Source: the human T2T-CHM13v2.0 reference genome, Homo sapiens. Taken from it: a stretch of 64,000 bases of DNA. Under the pieces are notes generated by a model. The model saw nothing but the letters and a program-made list of their open reading frames with translations, was not told the origin of the DNA and ran no database searches. The translations under genes were made by a program, and so were the position numbers. The stretch lies in assembly GCF_009914755.1 (NCBI RefSeq), contig NC_060940.1, one strand, 5' to 3'. Positions 1 to 26,830 of this stretch are shown here, one piece after another (the stretch's first letter is position 1; every line of letters starts with the position of its first letter).

Positions 1-265
1 CAGACGTGGTGGTGCGTGCCTGTAATCCCAGCTACTCAAGAGGCTGAGGCAGAAGAACCACTTGAACCCAGGAGACAGAGGTTGCGATAAGCTGAGATTG
101 CGCCATTGCACTCCAGCCTGAGCAATAAGAGCGAAACTCCGTCTCAAAAAATAGATAGATAAATAAATAAATAAATTGAAGTCATCAGACTTAAGGGACT
201 TAATAAATCAGATCGCTAGATCCACCCACAGTGGGGGACATTTTTGTGGACAGTGGTTAGAAGCT

Positions 266-519
266 GTTAGGTTCCTATTACTGTTAGAATAAATCACCAC
301 AGACGTGGTGGCTTAAAGAAACCCAGGTTTATTATCTTTACAGTTCTGGAAGCCAGAAGTCCAATGTGGGTGTCACCAGGCTAAAATCAAGGTGGCAGCA
401 GGGCTGCTTCCTTCTAGAGGCTTCAGAGGAGAATCCGTTTTCTTGCCTTTTCCGGCTTCTAGAGGCCACCTGCATTCATTGGCTCATGGCCTCTTCTTCC
501 ATCTTCAAAACCAACAATT
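266..519 (-). mobile_element. MLT1 (ERVL-MaLR) LTR fragment
   Basis: ttacagttctggaagccagaagtcc...aaaatcaaggtggcagcagggctg...ggagaatccgttttcttgcc resembles MLT1B/C. Confidence 0.75.
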
Positions 520-819
520 GGGCCGAGTGCAGTGGCTCATGCCTGTCATCCCAGCACTTTGAGAGGCCAAGGCGGGAGGATTGCTTGAGCCCAGGAGTTC
601 AGGACCAGCGTGAGCAACACAGCGAGACCTTGTCCCTACAAATAATTTTTAAAAATTAGCCAGGTGTTGTGGTACACAACTGTAGTCCCAGCTACTTGGG
701 AGGCTGAGGTGGGAGGATCCCTTGAGCCTGGAAGGTTTTATCACCCAGAAACTGAACTCCTTGATGATGTCAGAAACCAGCACATCCTGCCTCTGCGAGG
801 TACCCAGCTGCTCCCTTGG

Positions 820-1316
820 TACCTAGAATAGTCCAGACGCCACCCTGTGTCCAGTCTACATGGCATGAATGGCCCCTGCCCACACCTCCTGCCACGCTCT
901 GCCTGACTCACTGTATTCCAGCCACCCTGGCTGTCTGTCTGTTTCTTGGATATGATGAGTTTATATCCACCCCAGGGCATTTGCACGAGCCTTTCCCTCT
1001 GCCTGGGATGCTCTGTGCAGAGACATTCCCACGGCTGTGACTGTTTCCTTTATGTCGTTCTGTCTTCCCTGAGCAGTTCCCCCTGATGAAACAATTCTGA
1101 AGTAGCCCCCGCCACCCAGGCATTTAACCTTGTGAACTGGTTTTGTTTTCTTCATAGCCGATGCTACCTCATTTGTGTATTTATTTATTTGCTCACTCGA
1201 CTCTTTGAAGGCAAGGTCTTTATCTTGTTCCCTGCTGAATTCCCCCAGTTCCTAATTCCGTGCCTGGCATATAATAGGTGCTTAGAAAACACTTGTTGAA
1301 CAAATGAATGAATGCA
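820..1316 (+). mobile_element. L2 3' end fragment
   Basis: cagggcatttgcac...ccctctgcctgg and terminal gcctggcatataataggtgct...ttgttgaacaaatgaatgaatg. A similar copy lies at ~10540-11046. Confidence 0.7.
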
Positions 1317-1498
1317 TGATGTCCAGTCTCTCTGGAGAGACCCCCAAGGCATCAAGGTAGTGATGATTATTTCCTAAGGGTTGATGGGGTCCACATCCCA
1401 CCAGCCAGGTTGCCCAGCAGTGAATGATGGAGCCCCAGCTGGCTTGACCCATGAGCTGGAATCCGCATCGCTGATCACAGCCCTTCCTGTGCTTCCAG

Positions 1499-1632
1499 AC
1501 CTCAAGCATCTGCAAGACAGCCGTGCACGCGGGAGTCATCAGCAACGAGAGTGGGGGTGACGTGGACGTGATGCCCGTGGATAAAAAGAAGACCTACGTG
1601 GGCTCGCTCAGGAATGGAGTTCAGTCTGAAAG
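1499..1632 (+). CDS. CRISPLD2: CRISPLD2 penultimate coding exon (C-terminal part of second LCCL domain)
   Basis: Acceptor cttcctgtgcttccAG at 1497-1498 and donor AG|GTAGGG at 1633. The 134 nt read [44 protein letters not shown]+AG. SSIC-x-AVHAGVI and Y-GS-RNGVQS are LCCL-domain hallmarks and match my recall of CRISPLD2. Not in the ORF track because it is an internal exon. Confidence 0.96.
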
Positions 1633-2019
1633 GTAGGGTGGTGTTCTCCAACCCTTGACACCCAATCCCGGCTGCTAATGGTCCCTCAGGGGGCCTGGGA
1701 AGAGGCCCAGAGTCATTACCCTTTAAAATAAAACTCGGGTAGACTTGCACGAATTCTTACCAGGACTCCCAGGTAAGAGACTTCTTTGCTTTTCTCTTTC
1801 TTTTGTTTTTGAAACTAGGGAATGCTTTTCCCTACTATCACATTTGGGATTAAGAAAAAAAAAAGAACTTTTTTTCCTATTACCAATGGACGTTTTTGTA
1901 GAAAATTTATAATCTGTAGGAACATCAGATAAGCCCGAAGATAAACAGTCATCCATAACTCATCAGCTGGGAGAATTTACTGTTAGATTTCTTGGCGTGC
2001 GTCCTTCCGGTTGTTTTTC

Positions 2020-2021
<2 letters not shown>

Positions 2022-2059
<38 letters not shown>
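2022..2059. repeat. (TG)19 microsatellite
   Basis: Direct reading. Confidence 0.97.
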
Positions 2060-2060
<1 letters not shown>

Positions 2061-2345
2061 ATTTTTTTCCCACAAAAAAATGGGATCAAATGATAGTTAC
2101 ATACTAGTCATATAAAGCTACATCGTAATATAGTTACATAGAGTTAAATAAGATTAGGGAGCCTGGAGTCCAACAGACCTGGGCCCTGTTTCTTACCAGC
2201 TTTGTGACCCCGAGTAAGCCACCTGATTTCCTTGAGCCTCAGTTTTCTCATCTGTGAAATAGGGATAATCATAAACCCTGCCCCACAGGGCTGTTGGGAG
2301 GTGAACGGAAATGGTGCCTACCTATTGCCAGTAAGAAGTGGCAGT

Positions 2346-2722
<377 letters not shown>

Positions 2723-4653
2723 CTATGACCATAAGTCATTGGTAGTGACTGTGAATGACTGTAGCGCGTTTCTCTTCGTAGCTGGTGTGAGTCCTTTCCA
2801 TCCCAGGGAGCAGATCCTCCCCTAGTAAGTAGTCTTCTCCAGGAATGCTTGCACACACCGTGACTGTTTCCTTAAATCCCTAGAAGTGGGCCGGGTGTGA
2901 TGACGCAAGCCTGTAATCCCAGCACTGTGGGAAGCAGTGGTGGGTGGATCACCTGAGGTCAGGTGAGGCAGGAGAATCACTTGAACCCGGGAGGTAGAGG
3001 CTGTAGTGAGCCGGGATTGTGTCACTGCACTCCAGCCTGGGCAACAAGAGCAAAACTCTGTCTCAAAAAAAAGAAAAAAAGACCAAACAAAGTCCCTAGA
3101 AGTGAAATTCCTAAGTGGGGCCTTTCCTGAGTGTCATTCAGAAAGGGCACTCAGCCTCCCAAGTAGCTGGGATTACAGGCATGCACCACCATGCCCGGCT
3201 AATTTTTGTATTTTTAGTAGAGATTGGATCTCGCCCTGTTGGCCAGGCTGGTCTCCAACTCCTGACCTCAGGTGATCTGCCTGGCTTGGCCTCCCAAAGT
3301 GCTGGGATCACAGGTGTGAGCCACCGCACTCGGCCGCCATGATTATCTCTTTAAAGATCTGCAAATACAGTCACATTCTGAGGTGCACTTGAGGGTTAGG
3401 ACATTAACATATGGATTTTGAGGGACCACAGGCGAGCTCGTAACAGGGCAATGTTGAAGATTTCATATTTGAGGGACGTTCTTTAGAGAAGGAATAAAAT
3501 CAAGGCTGTAACTTGCCCTGGGCCCCTGGACGCTCAGGCCTTCCTGCCTCCTGGGACACGGCCCCTGCTTCCACTGCCAGCCTCCTGGGCACTTTGTGCA
3601 GCGGGCTTGCCCTGTCTGTGAAGATGCCACAGCATCACTTGTACCCAGATCGTGCCCATTCTTCCCGGGACCCCTGCCCGGTGACTCTGCCATCGGCAGC
3701 CCTGAAGAGCCCAAGTAGACAGCTTCCACGTTTTCTCCTTCAGCACGTGCGGCCTTTGATTGGGAAAAGCTTAATGAAGGGAAATTCCACTGATTTAATG
3801 GGAGGGAAATGAAGCAGCTGATTAGGAGGAATTTCCTGGCCGGGCTGGAAAGAAATCCCAGGACATCAATTTATTGAGCTCTTTGTACCCTCTTTGAGAG
3901 AAAACAGTCTTCCTGAGCAGCGCAGCCAGCTGGGATTTGTTCCCTGTCGGGCTGATTCATGAGAACATCACAGCAGTGCCCTGTGGGCTGGGGACAGGGA
4001 CCTCATTGTGGGGGCCCCATTGGTAGGCCCCTGGGGAGGGCAGGGATGGAGAGAAGGCCCCCGAAGCAGCTTTCCCACCCGCCCCACTATCACCCAGGGT
4101 GTGGGGGGCTGTCGGTCTTTCTCTCTTCCTGTGACACCCACCCAAATCGCCACTGTCGCTGTCTTTGTAGGTGTCTTCCAGGCATCCCTCCCAAGCACAC
4201 ATGTCACTGGTGCCTTCTGTACTCTAGAAAGATTTTAGTGATTTTCTGCAGCATTTCCAGAGTTAAGACTTTGCTTTTCTTGCTCCTCAGACTCTCTGCT
4301 CCTCCGTCCTGTGGACTGGCATCTGTGATAATGCTTGGGTTCAGCTTTTCTGTGCCTCAGTTTCCTCACCTATAAAGGGGGGAATAATATTACCTGCCCC
4401 CTGGGGTGGTGGCAGGGCAGGAGGTCTCCAGGTGGGGTCCCCAGGCCAACAGTGTCCAGATCAACCCAGAGCTTGTTGGAAAAGCACATCCTCCGGCCCC
4501 ACCCAGCTCTGCTGAATCGGAATCTCTGGGAGGGGCCCAGCAGCCTGCGTCTGAGCAGGTCCTCGGGGGCATCGTGCTGCATGCTCGACTGTGACAGCTG
4601 CCGTTCTAAGAGTCACGCGAACCTGGCAAACCTGACACAAGTCAGTCAGCACA

Positions 4654-7285
<2,632 letters not shown>

Positions 7286-8689
7286 AGGTTCTCTGTGCTC
7301 TGCAGAGGAGCTGCTGATAGCAGACAGGCAGGTTCCCCTCCTCCACTCGTATTCCAAACTTCCACCAGCTCTGCACACGTTAGCACATCTCATTCCCCAA
7401 CAGCCCTGCAAAGTAGGAACCGTCATTATCCCTATTTTATCAGTAAAGGAAGGGAAGCACAGAGAGGTTAAACGACTTGCCCAAGGTCACCCAGCCTACC
7501 AGGGGCAGAGCTGGGACTCAAACCTAGGCCGCCTGTACCAGAATCCATGCTTTTAAGCAGCACTCATGACTTCCTCAGCCTGGACAGGCCACTGAACTTG
7601 GGGCACAGACCCTTCCCAAGAAGGGGCCAGGGAGACCCTTGAATGCCAAGATATACTTGTTCCTGTCTTTACGATACAAGAAATACATACTTATTATTTA
7701 AATAATACATCCAGAGAGCAAAAAGTAAGAGTCCCAACAGGTGCCCTGTTAACCTCAGTTAACTGCTGATTTATAACTTTTCTTGACCTGTTTTTCCCCC
7801 GTGCACATAAAACTCACATACAAATCAAAACGGAGATTGTATTATACGTGCTAGTCTGAAACTTTTCCCCCCTAAGAATAATGATATATTTCATCAAATG
7901 AGATGAAGAGGTTTGACAGTTCCCTAGAGTGTGGGCTTTGTGAGGATAGTTCACTCACCACTTGTGCATACCCAGCCTGCGTTGCCCACATTCTCACTTT
8001 GAAGGGAGGGCAAGGTTTAAACCTAGCAGGGGCGATGGCATTTGTAGCTCCCGGCTACTGAGCACCTGCTGGATGCTCGCCTCTGGCCCAGGTACCTCCC
8101 TGGAGAGGCTCATGGACTTTTTACAGTGTCCCTAAGGAGTGGGCACTTTGAGGAACCCAGTTTACAGATGGGGAAACTGAGGCTCAGAGAAAAGGGTTAA
8201 CCAGCCCAAGGTCCTAAAGATGAGAGCTAAACCTGTACCTGTCTAACTTTGAAATTTTCCTGAGGGATCAATAGAGGGGTGAGACTCTGGGAGAACAAGA
8301 TTGGAATCCTTTTTTTTTTTTTTTGGAGATGGAGTCTCCCTCTGTTGCCCAGGCTGGGATGCAGTGGCGCGATCTCCACTCACTGCAACCTCTGCCTCCT
8401 GGGTTCAGTGATTATCCTGCCTCAGCCTCCCAGGTAGCTGGGATTACAGGCACCCGCCACCACACCTGGCTAATTTTTTTCATATATATATATGTTTAGT
8501 AGAGATGGGATTTCACCATGTTGGCCAGGCTGGTCTCGAATTCGTGACCTCAAGTGATCCGCCCACCTCAGCCTCCCAAAGTGCTGGGAGTACAGGTGTG
8601 AGCCACCGTGCCCAGCCAGGATTGGAATCCTTTAAAAAAAAAGACTATATATAGAGAGAGACACACACACACAGACACATACACATATA

Positions 8690-9012
8690 CAGACAGTCTT
8701 AGACACTTAAGATCGTTCAACTTATGACTTTTCAACTTTATAATGGTGTGAGAGCCATATGTATTCAGCAAAAACCATACTTCAAATTTTGCATTTTGAT
8801 TGAAAATTCTTTATACTAACTTCCTTGTAAAATAGGCCTGTGTTAGGTGATTTTGCTCAGCTGTGGGCTAAGGTCAGTGTCCTGAGCACACGGAAGGTAG
8901 GCGAGGCTGAGCTGTGATGGAGGCGAGGTGTATTCAGTGCATTTCCGATGTGGACTTCTGACTTCCGATGGGTTTATCAGGACGCGACCCACCGTAAGTC
9001 AGGGAGCATCTG
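8690..9012. mobile_element. MER47/Tigger-derived DNA transposon fossil
   Basis: Terminus gatgggtttatcaggacgcgacccaccgtaagtcagggagcatctg matches the MER47-type end; left end preceded by TA. Confidence 0.75.
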
Positions 9013-9551
9013 TGTCCACAGTCATGTATGTACACTCATACATATAGAGACAGTTATATACATATAAATGATATTTCTTAATAATTAAAAATAAATTACA
9101 CTTTTTAAAAGCCAGAAGACTAAGCACTCAGGGGTTCCTCTTCTGCCGTCCTTTTAGTGCTGGCTTCAGGACTCCACAGGGCAGCTTCCCTGTCTGCCTC
9201 TGGAACCAGAACCGGCCGTCCACCCTCCTTAATCCCGTCTGTGTGTTGGGTGATGCCAAAAGGCAAGCTCTTCCTCCTCAGGTCACTTTCAAGGCAATTG
9301 AGGGGGATGCAGCCCCACGTGCCTGTCCCTGGCTGGCCTCTAGGAGGGAGCCCCGTGCTTCTGGGGAGCTCTTCAGAGAGTCCCTGGATTGTTCCTGCCC
9401 CTTTACTCTGGCCTTTAAAGGGCCTTTCTAGGCCGGGTGCGGCGGCTCATGCCTGTAATCCAGGTACATTGGGAGGCTGAGGTGGGAGGATCACATGAGG
9501 CCAGGAGTTCAAGACCAGCTTGACCAACAGGGTGTAATCCCATCTCTACTA

Positions 9552-9764
<213 letters not shown>

Positions 9765-9862
9765 TTAAGATCTTCATAGCACTCAACTTCCCATACCCAG
9801 AAACAACCTCTGTAAACATTCCAGTGTATTTTCTTTCAGGTTTCTTCTGTGTTTACATATAA

Positions 9863-10198
<336 letters not shown>

Positions 10199-12794
10199 TA
10201 AAAAGGGATTATGCTATTAGTATTGTTTTGTTAATCGGATTGTGGCTAGCTCTTCAAGCCCTAGCCTGTCTAGCCACACCGTGGTTTCAGTGGCTGCACA
10301 GATTCGGAGGCATGGAGAGACCATCATCCGTTTATCATCACTGATTGACACTCAGATCGTTTCCTTTTTTCTTTCACTGTAATAAACAACACTAGAAAGA
10401 ACATTTTTGCGCAAGCCTGTGCACTTTCTTGCCGATTTATTTAGGTGACTTCCTCTTACCAGAACAGCCACAGCCACCAAAGTGCTGTCCTAATGCAATG
10501 CACAGTGTCGCACCAAGGAAAAAAGTCAGCACATCCTTTCCTGTGTAAGGCTCCCCCGCCAGTGGCTTTCCATTGTACTAAGAATCAAATCCGCCCCACT
10601 CCCATTCAAGGCCGCAGCTGCTTCGGCCCCTGCCCGCTCCCCCACCCTCTCTGTGCATCTTCCTCCTACATTTCCACCTCACTGGCCTCTCTGCTCCTTG
10701 ACTGCACCAAGATCATGCACACCTCAGTGCTTTTGTAGCTGCTGTCTGGTACCCTCTGGGCTCTCATACGTTCCTGGGCTGTTTTAGACTGAAATGGCCC
10801 CTCCCTAGGCAGCGTTCTCCACCATCCAGCCTGCACTTGTCTCCTGCTCCCTGATGGATCTGTGTCATTTCCCCTGACTCATCACCTTCTGAAACTGTTT
10901 CTTGCATATGTTTTGCTACTTCTCACCCCACCCCAGACTGTAAACTTCCTGAAGGCAAGAGCCTCACTGGTCTTGTTAACCCCACAGCCCTGATGCTGCC
11001 CAGCACTTGGCACATAGCAGGTGCTCAGTAAACACTGGTTGAATGAGACTTTGCTGAGTTGAGCAATTGGTTCAGAGTTGGTTGAGGGCTTTTATTTCTC
11101 ACTTATAGTCCCAGTTGCACCACTGCACTCCAGCCTGGGCAACATAAGTGAGACCCTGCAGCCTCAACTGCAGTGAGCTGTGACTGCACCGTTGTACTCC
11201 TGGGCTCACTGCAGCCTCAACTGCAGTGAGTTGTGATTGCACCATTGCACTCCTGGACTCAAGCAATCCTCCCACCTCAGCCTCCCTAGTTGCTGGGACC
11301 ACAGGCGTGCACCACCACATCTGGCTAATTTTTTTATTTTTGTAGAGACAGGGGTCACTGTGTCACCCAGGCTGATCTCAAACTCCTGGGTTCAAGCAAT
11401 CGCCTACGTTAGCCTCCCAAAGTGCTGAGACTACAGGTGTGAGCCACTGTGCCCCGCCTGAGGGATTTTCAATACCCTGTATCAAAGTTGTTTAGTGCTC
11501 TTTATGAAAGTTGCTTGATACACTTGATAAAAAGTCCAATACCTTTTATGAAAATTACCCAGAAATACTGCAGCAATTTATACTCCTTCAGGCATGTATG
11601 GGAGTTACAAGCTAATCCAAAAAGAGAATCAGAGGGCAAGATTTGGGAAAGAAGGGCGGGAAGGGTATTTTATAATTATCAAGCCACACTCGTTATTCAT
11701 CAGACACGTACAACTACCAACTTCCCCAGCATACCTGGAGCTTAATAACTGCTTGAGGCATGAACAACTGGGGACACTGAAGGTGGGGAATTTTTCTTGG
11801 TGCCCAAACCTGCGGGAATTTTTACCTGTGGCGGTGGATGGCACCAACAGTTGATGCTGCCAGTTGCACGGTGGCATCCTGGGCGGTGTCAGCACATTCT
11901 TTGATGTGTTAGGAAATACTTGCCCAGCTTGTCGGGGCCTGCTCTTACCTCCAAGGTGAGCAGGTTGTTTAATGGGGTGCATGGTTGTCCAGGCAAGATA
12001 CCCAGGGCCCTTGGGCTGGCCATGTCTACATCTGGACGGCAGCCTGAATGGTTCCCTTGTCCCTTGGTTGTTTGGGGCCCTGAGAACATGAGAACCCACT
12101 GCACCGTCCATAGAATCTGCAGACCCATAGTAAGTCAGGAGGGACACAGACCCCTGGTAATTTTCCCCAACGTGGCTTGCCCCCCATGCAGAATAACCAC
12201 AGTAACTTGTGGCCCTGGTTGGTTCTCCCAGGATATTCACTTGGACAGAGAATTCAGGGAAATCTTACATCCCCCAAGGCCTGAGGAGGGCCCTGGAATC
12301 TGAACTTTCCAGAAACCAGCAGGGCCGCCAGGGTCACCCCAGCCCCTGGCCACTCTTTCTCCTCCTCTTGGTCCGGAGCCACCTGCGGCCAAGCGTTCTG
12401 CCTGGGTCTTGGCTCTTGGCGTTTCTTTGCAGCTCCATCTCTCCGAGTGCTCCCATCTGATACACGTTTCAAAAGTTCAATTCCAGGGTAGCCAAAAGTG
12501 TGAAGCTGCCATGGAGAAGGGCTAAAAAACAACCAGGAATTCCAAGCGGCCTGCTCTCGGAGGATTGCAGATCTTAGCAGCCTGAGAGGGCCGGGGTCTC
12601 CTGGCTAGTCTGGCAGTTTCCAATCTGGGGGCTCTCTTTGTTTGGAGCGGAGATCCTAAAGGAAACCCCGCCCAGAAATGGTGACTAGGCTGTTAATCTT
12701 ATACTCAAACTCCTTCATCATGAGCAAGATGCAAATGAAAATGATATCTGGATGCCACTCCCTACCTTCTATTGGTCAAGAACCAAAAGCAAGA

Positions 12795-12845
12795 CATCAC
12801 ACAGCGCTGGGAGGCATCACACAGCGCTGGGAGGCATCGCACAGC
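12795..12845. repeat. 20-bp tandem repeat x2.5 (catcacacagcgctgggagg) inside an old L1M fragment
   Basis: Direct reading; flanks ~12705-13560 resemble an L1ME 3' region interrupted by an Alu. Confidence 0.85.
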
Positions 12846-13156
12846 CCCGTTGTCATTGTCCGGGGAGTCTGCAGGTGTTATCTTTATGCAGGGCAGGTTG
12901 GCAGCTGTCAAGATGCAAATGCACGTCCTTTGGTCCAGCAATTCCACTCCTAGGCGCTCACTCTCAGGCACCCTCACACAAAAGCAAAAAGTCCCATGGA
13001 CAACAATGACATTGTTTGCAAAGGTAAAAAATTAGAAAACACGGGCTCAATGGCTCGCGCTTATAATCCGGGCACTTTGGGAGGCTGAGACGGAAGGATT
13101 GCTTGAGCCCAGGAGTTCGAGACCAGCATGGGCGGCATGGTGAAATCCCATCTCTA

Positions 13157-13276
<120 letters not shown>

Positions 13277-13278
13277 TC

Positions 13279-13316
<38 letters not shown>

Positions 13317-13686
13317 AAAAAAAAAAGATTAGAAAGAACTAAATGTCCACCAATAGGGATCCAGTTAAATATAACACTTTATTACAATGGAATACTATGC
13401 AGTGGATAAAAAGAATGAGTTCTTTCTGTATAGTAAAGCAACAAATCCCGAGATATATTGTTAAGCTAAAAAAGCAAAGTGCAGAGTGGTATGTCTATGG
13501 CAGTATGTATATAATATTTGTGTTGAAAAAATGGGTGAGGGAAAAAATATAATAATTGTTAACATCCACATAAGATCTAAACATCTCTCCTCTGGGGAGA
13601 ACTTGGTGCAGAAAGACAGGGTTGAGAGGGAGAGTGTTTTTTGCCTTAAGGATTGTGTGTTCAACAACTAAAATGTGCGGCTATGA

Positions 13687-14294
<608 letters not shown>

Positions 14295-14419
14295 TGATCT
14301 CAAGTGATCTGCCGGCCTCGACCTCTCAAAGTGCTGGGATGACAGGCGTGAGCCACCGCGCCTGGCCCTGGTTGCACACTGTGAACAACGCTTTGGGGTC
14401 TACAAGGCGCCATGCTGCC

Positions 14420-15460
<1,041 letters not shown>

Positions 15461-15634
15461 GCTCCCCTCCTCCCACCTTCCGGGTCTCCTCTCCAGCCTG
15501 GCCCCTTCCTGGACCTCCCCCAAGAACCCAGGTACCCCCAACATCGGCACTGTCACAGAACATTCCGGAAAGTATCCTTAGAAGCCTGTAATCCCAGCAC
15601 TTTGGGAGGCCGAGGCAGGCGGATCATGAGCTCA

Positions 15635-15865
<231 letters not shown>

Positions 15866-16477
15866 TTAAAAAAAAAAAAAAAAGCCCAAAGAGACTTAGT
15901 GACTTTGTCACACAGTTACTAAACGTTAGTGTAGGGATGGAGACTCGCGTCTGGAAGACATGCTCCAGAGGTGAGATTTGCAGAATGCCAAAGCAGGATG
16001 CATGGGAAATCTTATTCCCAAAAGCAGTGTTCAAAAACAGCTGTTTCAGGACTCCAGAAATACACCACAGAGTCATACAACGAACAGGGAGGTGTTTGTT
16101 CAAAAAAGTGTGGACCTCAGATAAGAACAGAGGGATCTGTGGTGTCTGAGCCTGGGACCGCTCCTGTTCACCCCACCAGCTCCTGTGGCTGGAAGTTCTA
16201 CTGGGGTGGGGCTGTGCCATCCAGCGGCTTTCTTGATTTGAAGCAGAGCGAGGAAAACCACACACCTCTGGCCATTGTCAGGAACAGTATCAAACCTGGT
16301 GGCCAAGACACAGGAAGGCCAGTTGGTCCAAAGGTGCAGTTATCATCTGGGGCAGAAAATCAGGGAGGATCTAGAGAATGAGACAGCCGTGGTGGCCCTT
16401 GGTAGGCTCCCAGGCGTCCCTGGTGTTCTAGAAGGCTGTGCCCACAGCAAGAGGAGCAAAGCGGGAGGGGGCACTTA

Positions 16478-17795
<1,318 letters not shown>

Positions 17796-17899
17796 TAGCT
17801 GGGATTACAGGTGCACACCATCATGCCTGGCTAATTGTTTGTAGAGGCAGGGTTTCACCATGTTGGCCAGACTGGTCTCGAATTCCAGACCTCAAGTGA

Positions 17900-18235
<336 letters not shown>

Positions 18236-18848
18236 TGAGGTTACAGGCATGAGCCACCGCGCCTGGCCTAAAGCTCTTTTTTAAAAACCATCTTTGATTA
18301 GCTGAAGGATTTAACTCCTCTTGTGAGAGGGCAGTTTTTACTAGCCATGGGACCCTGGGTAAATCTCTTTATTTCCTGGTGTCTCCGTTTCCTCCCCTGT
18401 GAACGAGCGATAACAGCTCCCTCAGGAGGAAGGTGGAAGGCGGTGAAGCACCTGGCATATGCAGTAGTGCTGAGATAGCACCTGTTCATCTCTCCCAAGA
18501 CACCACTGTTCGGGTTGACAGGTGGTAGTGAAACCAAGCAGAATTCTCGGAGGGTGAGTCCAATCCAGACAGACTGGGTCCAGCAGATCCCTGAGTTAAA
18601 AGGAAATAACTTAACAGCCTTGACCTAGAATCAGATGGATGCTCATGTGCAGAGAAAATGGGATTTGCCAGCTGTTCTCAACTCAAGTCAGGCTCTGTGT
18701 CTGGCGGCTTCAAGGAAGTGTCCCTTGGCCATGGCTCTTCCACTACGGGAGCAAGCAGGAGGCACCCAGGTCTCCCTGCCCACCCAGAGTCCCTGCAGGA
18801 GGCCCTCCAGATCTCTCAGTAACGGGCCCTCTTTCTTCTTTTTTTCAG

Positions 18849-18903
18849 CCTGGGGACTCCTCGGGATGGAAAGGCCTTCCGGATCTTTGCTGTCAGGCAG
18901 TGA
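18849..18903 (+). CDS. CRISPLD2: CRISPLD2 last coding exon
   Basis: Long pyrimidine tract ctctttcttctttttcAG (18847-18848). The first C completes the split Ser codon (AG+C, phase consistent with the upstream exon), then LGTPRDGKAFRIFAVRQ and TGA at 18901-18903. Confidence 0.96.
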
Positions 18904-21748
<2,845 letters not shown>

Positions 21749-21767
<19 letters not shown>

Positions 21768-21800
21768 TCTTTCAGGCTCTGGACTGTTTTGTGTTGGCTG
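21749..21800 (+). terminator. Polyadenylation signal of CRISPLD2
   Basis: AATAAA at 21749-21754, CA at 21766-21767, GU-rich downstream element ctgttttgtgttgg at ~21784-21797, upstream TGTA motifs. Confidence 0.85.
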
Positions 21801-22023
21801 CTTCTGCTAGGATGTCTCATATACACAGAGATGCTGACAGCCAGGGCCTGGTGGAGACCTCCACCCCATCCACGGGAAGGAGGGAGGAGCTTGCCAAAAT
21901 GCAATTTCGGGCTCAGCAAGGCTGGGTTGGGGCCAGGGACTGTGAATTTCTCGCAAGATCCTGGTGACGCGAATGCTGCCAGTCCCCAGATCACACTCTG
22001 AGTGGTGGTGGGCTCAAGGCCAT

Positions 22024-22694
<671 letters not shown>

Positions 22695-23267
22695 TCAAAG
22701 TACGATTTCACAAATCACACAGTTTATTGCTACACAAAGATGTTTTTTCCTTAGGTTCCCAGTGCTTAAACAGGGAGAGAATGAGACCAAACCTCACAGA
22801 GAATACACTCGACAGACGAAGCCCATTAACCCCACAGTGGGTCAGTTCCAGAATGATCAAGGCCTACTTGCTCACTTAGGATGGAAGCAGGCCTCAGTTT
22901 GAGGTGCACCTTCTACCAGCCGTTCTTGGAAGCGCTGTAAGGTCCCTAGAAGGCAGTTCCAGCGTTGGCCAGAGGCTTCTGAGAGTAGCTCCAAGGCTGG
23001 CGGGGTGACCTGTCACAGCTGGAGCTCCCAGCTTTGGGAGAAGATGCCGAGGGTGCAGCCGGCCACAGCCAGAGCTCCCAAAGGGTCCGTCCCACTGGCA
23101 GGTTTGCATGTGTATGGAAGTCCAGTCGTGAGGGTCAGGAGCTCGCAGACGGGGTCCGATAAGGGGTGAGGCCACATTCTCCAGGGAAGAAGGGGCACAC
23201 CAAGTTCTTAGCGCAGCAAAACGCGTCACCCACGTAGCAACCTGTGGAGGTGTCTGGAATCATTTCA

Positions 23268-23592
<325 letters not shown>

Positions 23593-24071
23593 TCAGGGTG
23601 GGAAATTTAGTTCGTAACGGTCACCTTCTTCCCAGGCATCAGCCCAAAGCAGCCCCTTTTCACCAAGCGCAGTCACATCTCGCTGAGTGCCTCAATGCAC
23701 CAAAGCCCCAGAGCAATTTGGGGGCACGGGGCCGGCCTTTCCTCTCCCCGGTGAAGGCGCCTGCCTTCCTCTCAGGCTCATCTCTAGTGCGGTCCTTTTC
23801 CATGCGTGATGGGGATAGCTTTCCTCTTTAAGAAATACCAGGCTTTTAAAATGTCCATTTTAAAATGTTGAGTAAGTTAAGATTGTGCAGGTCAATTGCA
23901 AAAATCACCAAGATTGGATAATAAGGGCTGAAGTTTGCGAAACACTTCCAGCTCTGCCCACAGCATCCTCAGCGTATGGCATTTGTCCTGCGACATACAG
24001 ATGGTTACTGCTCCTAATATCATTATTTTGACCAATGCATTTGGCATTCCCTGCACTGTTTTCTCCTCTAA

Positions 24072-24407
<336 letters not shown>

Positions 24408-24499
24408 TAGTCTTGAACTTCTGGGCTCAAGCGATTCTCCCGTCTCAGCTCCTAAAAGTGCTGGGATTACAGGCACAAGCCACCACACCCCGCCCGTTT

Positions 24500-26830
<2,331 letters not shown>

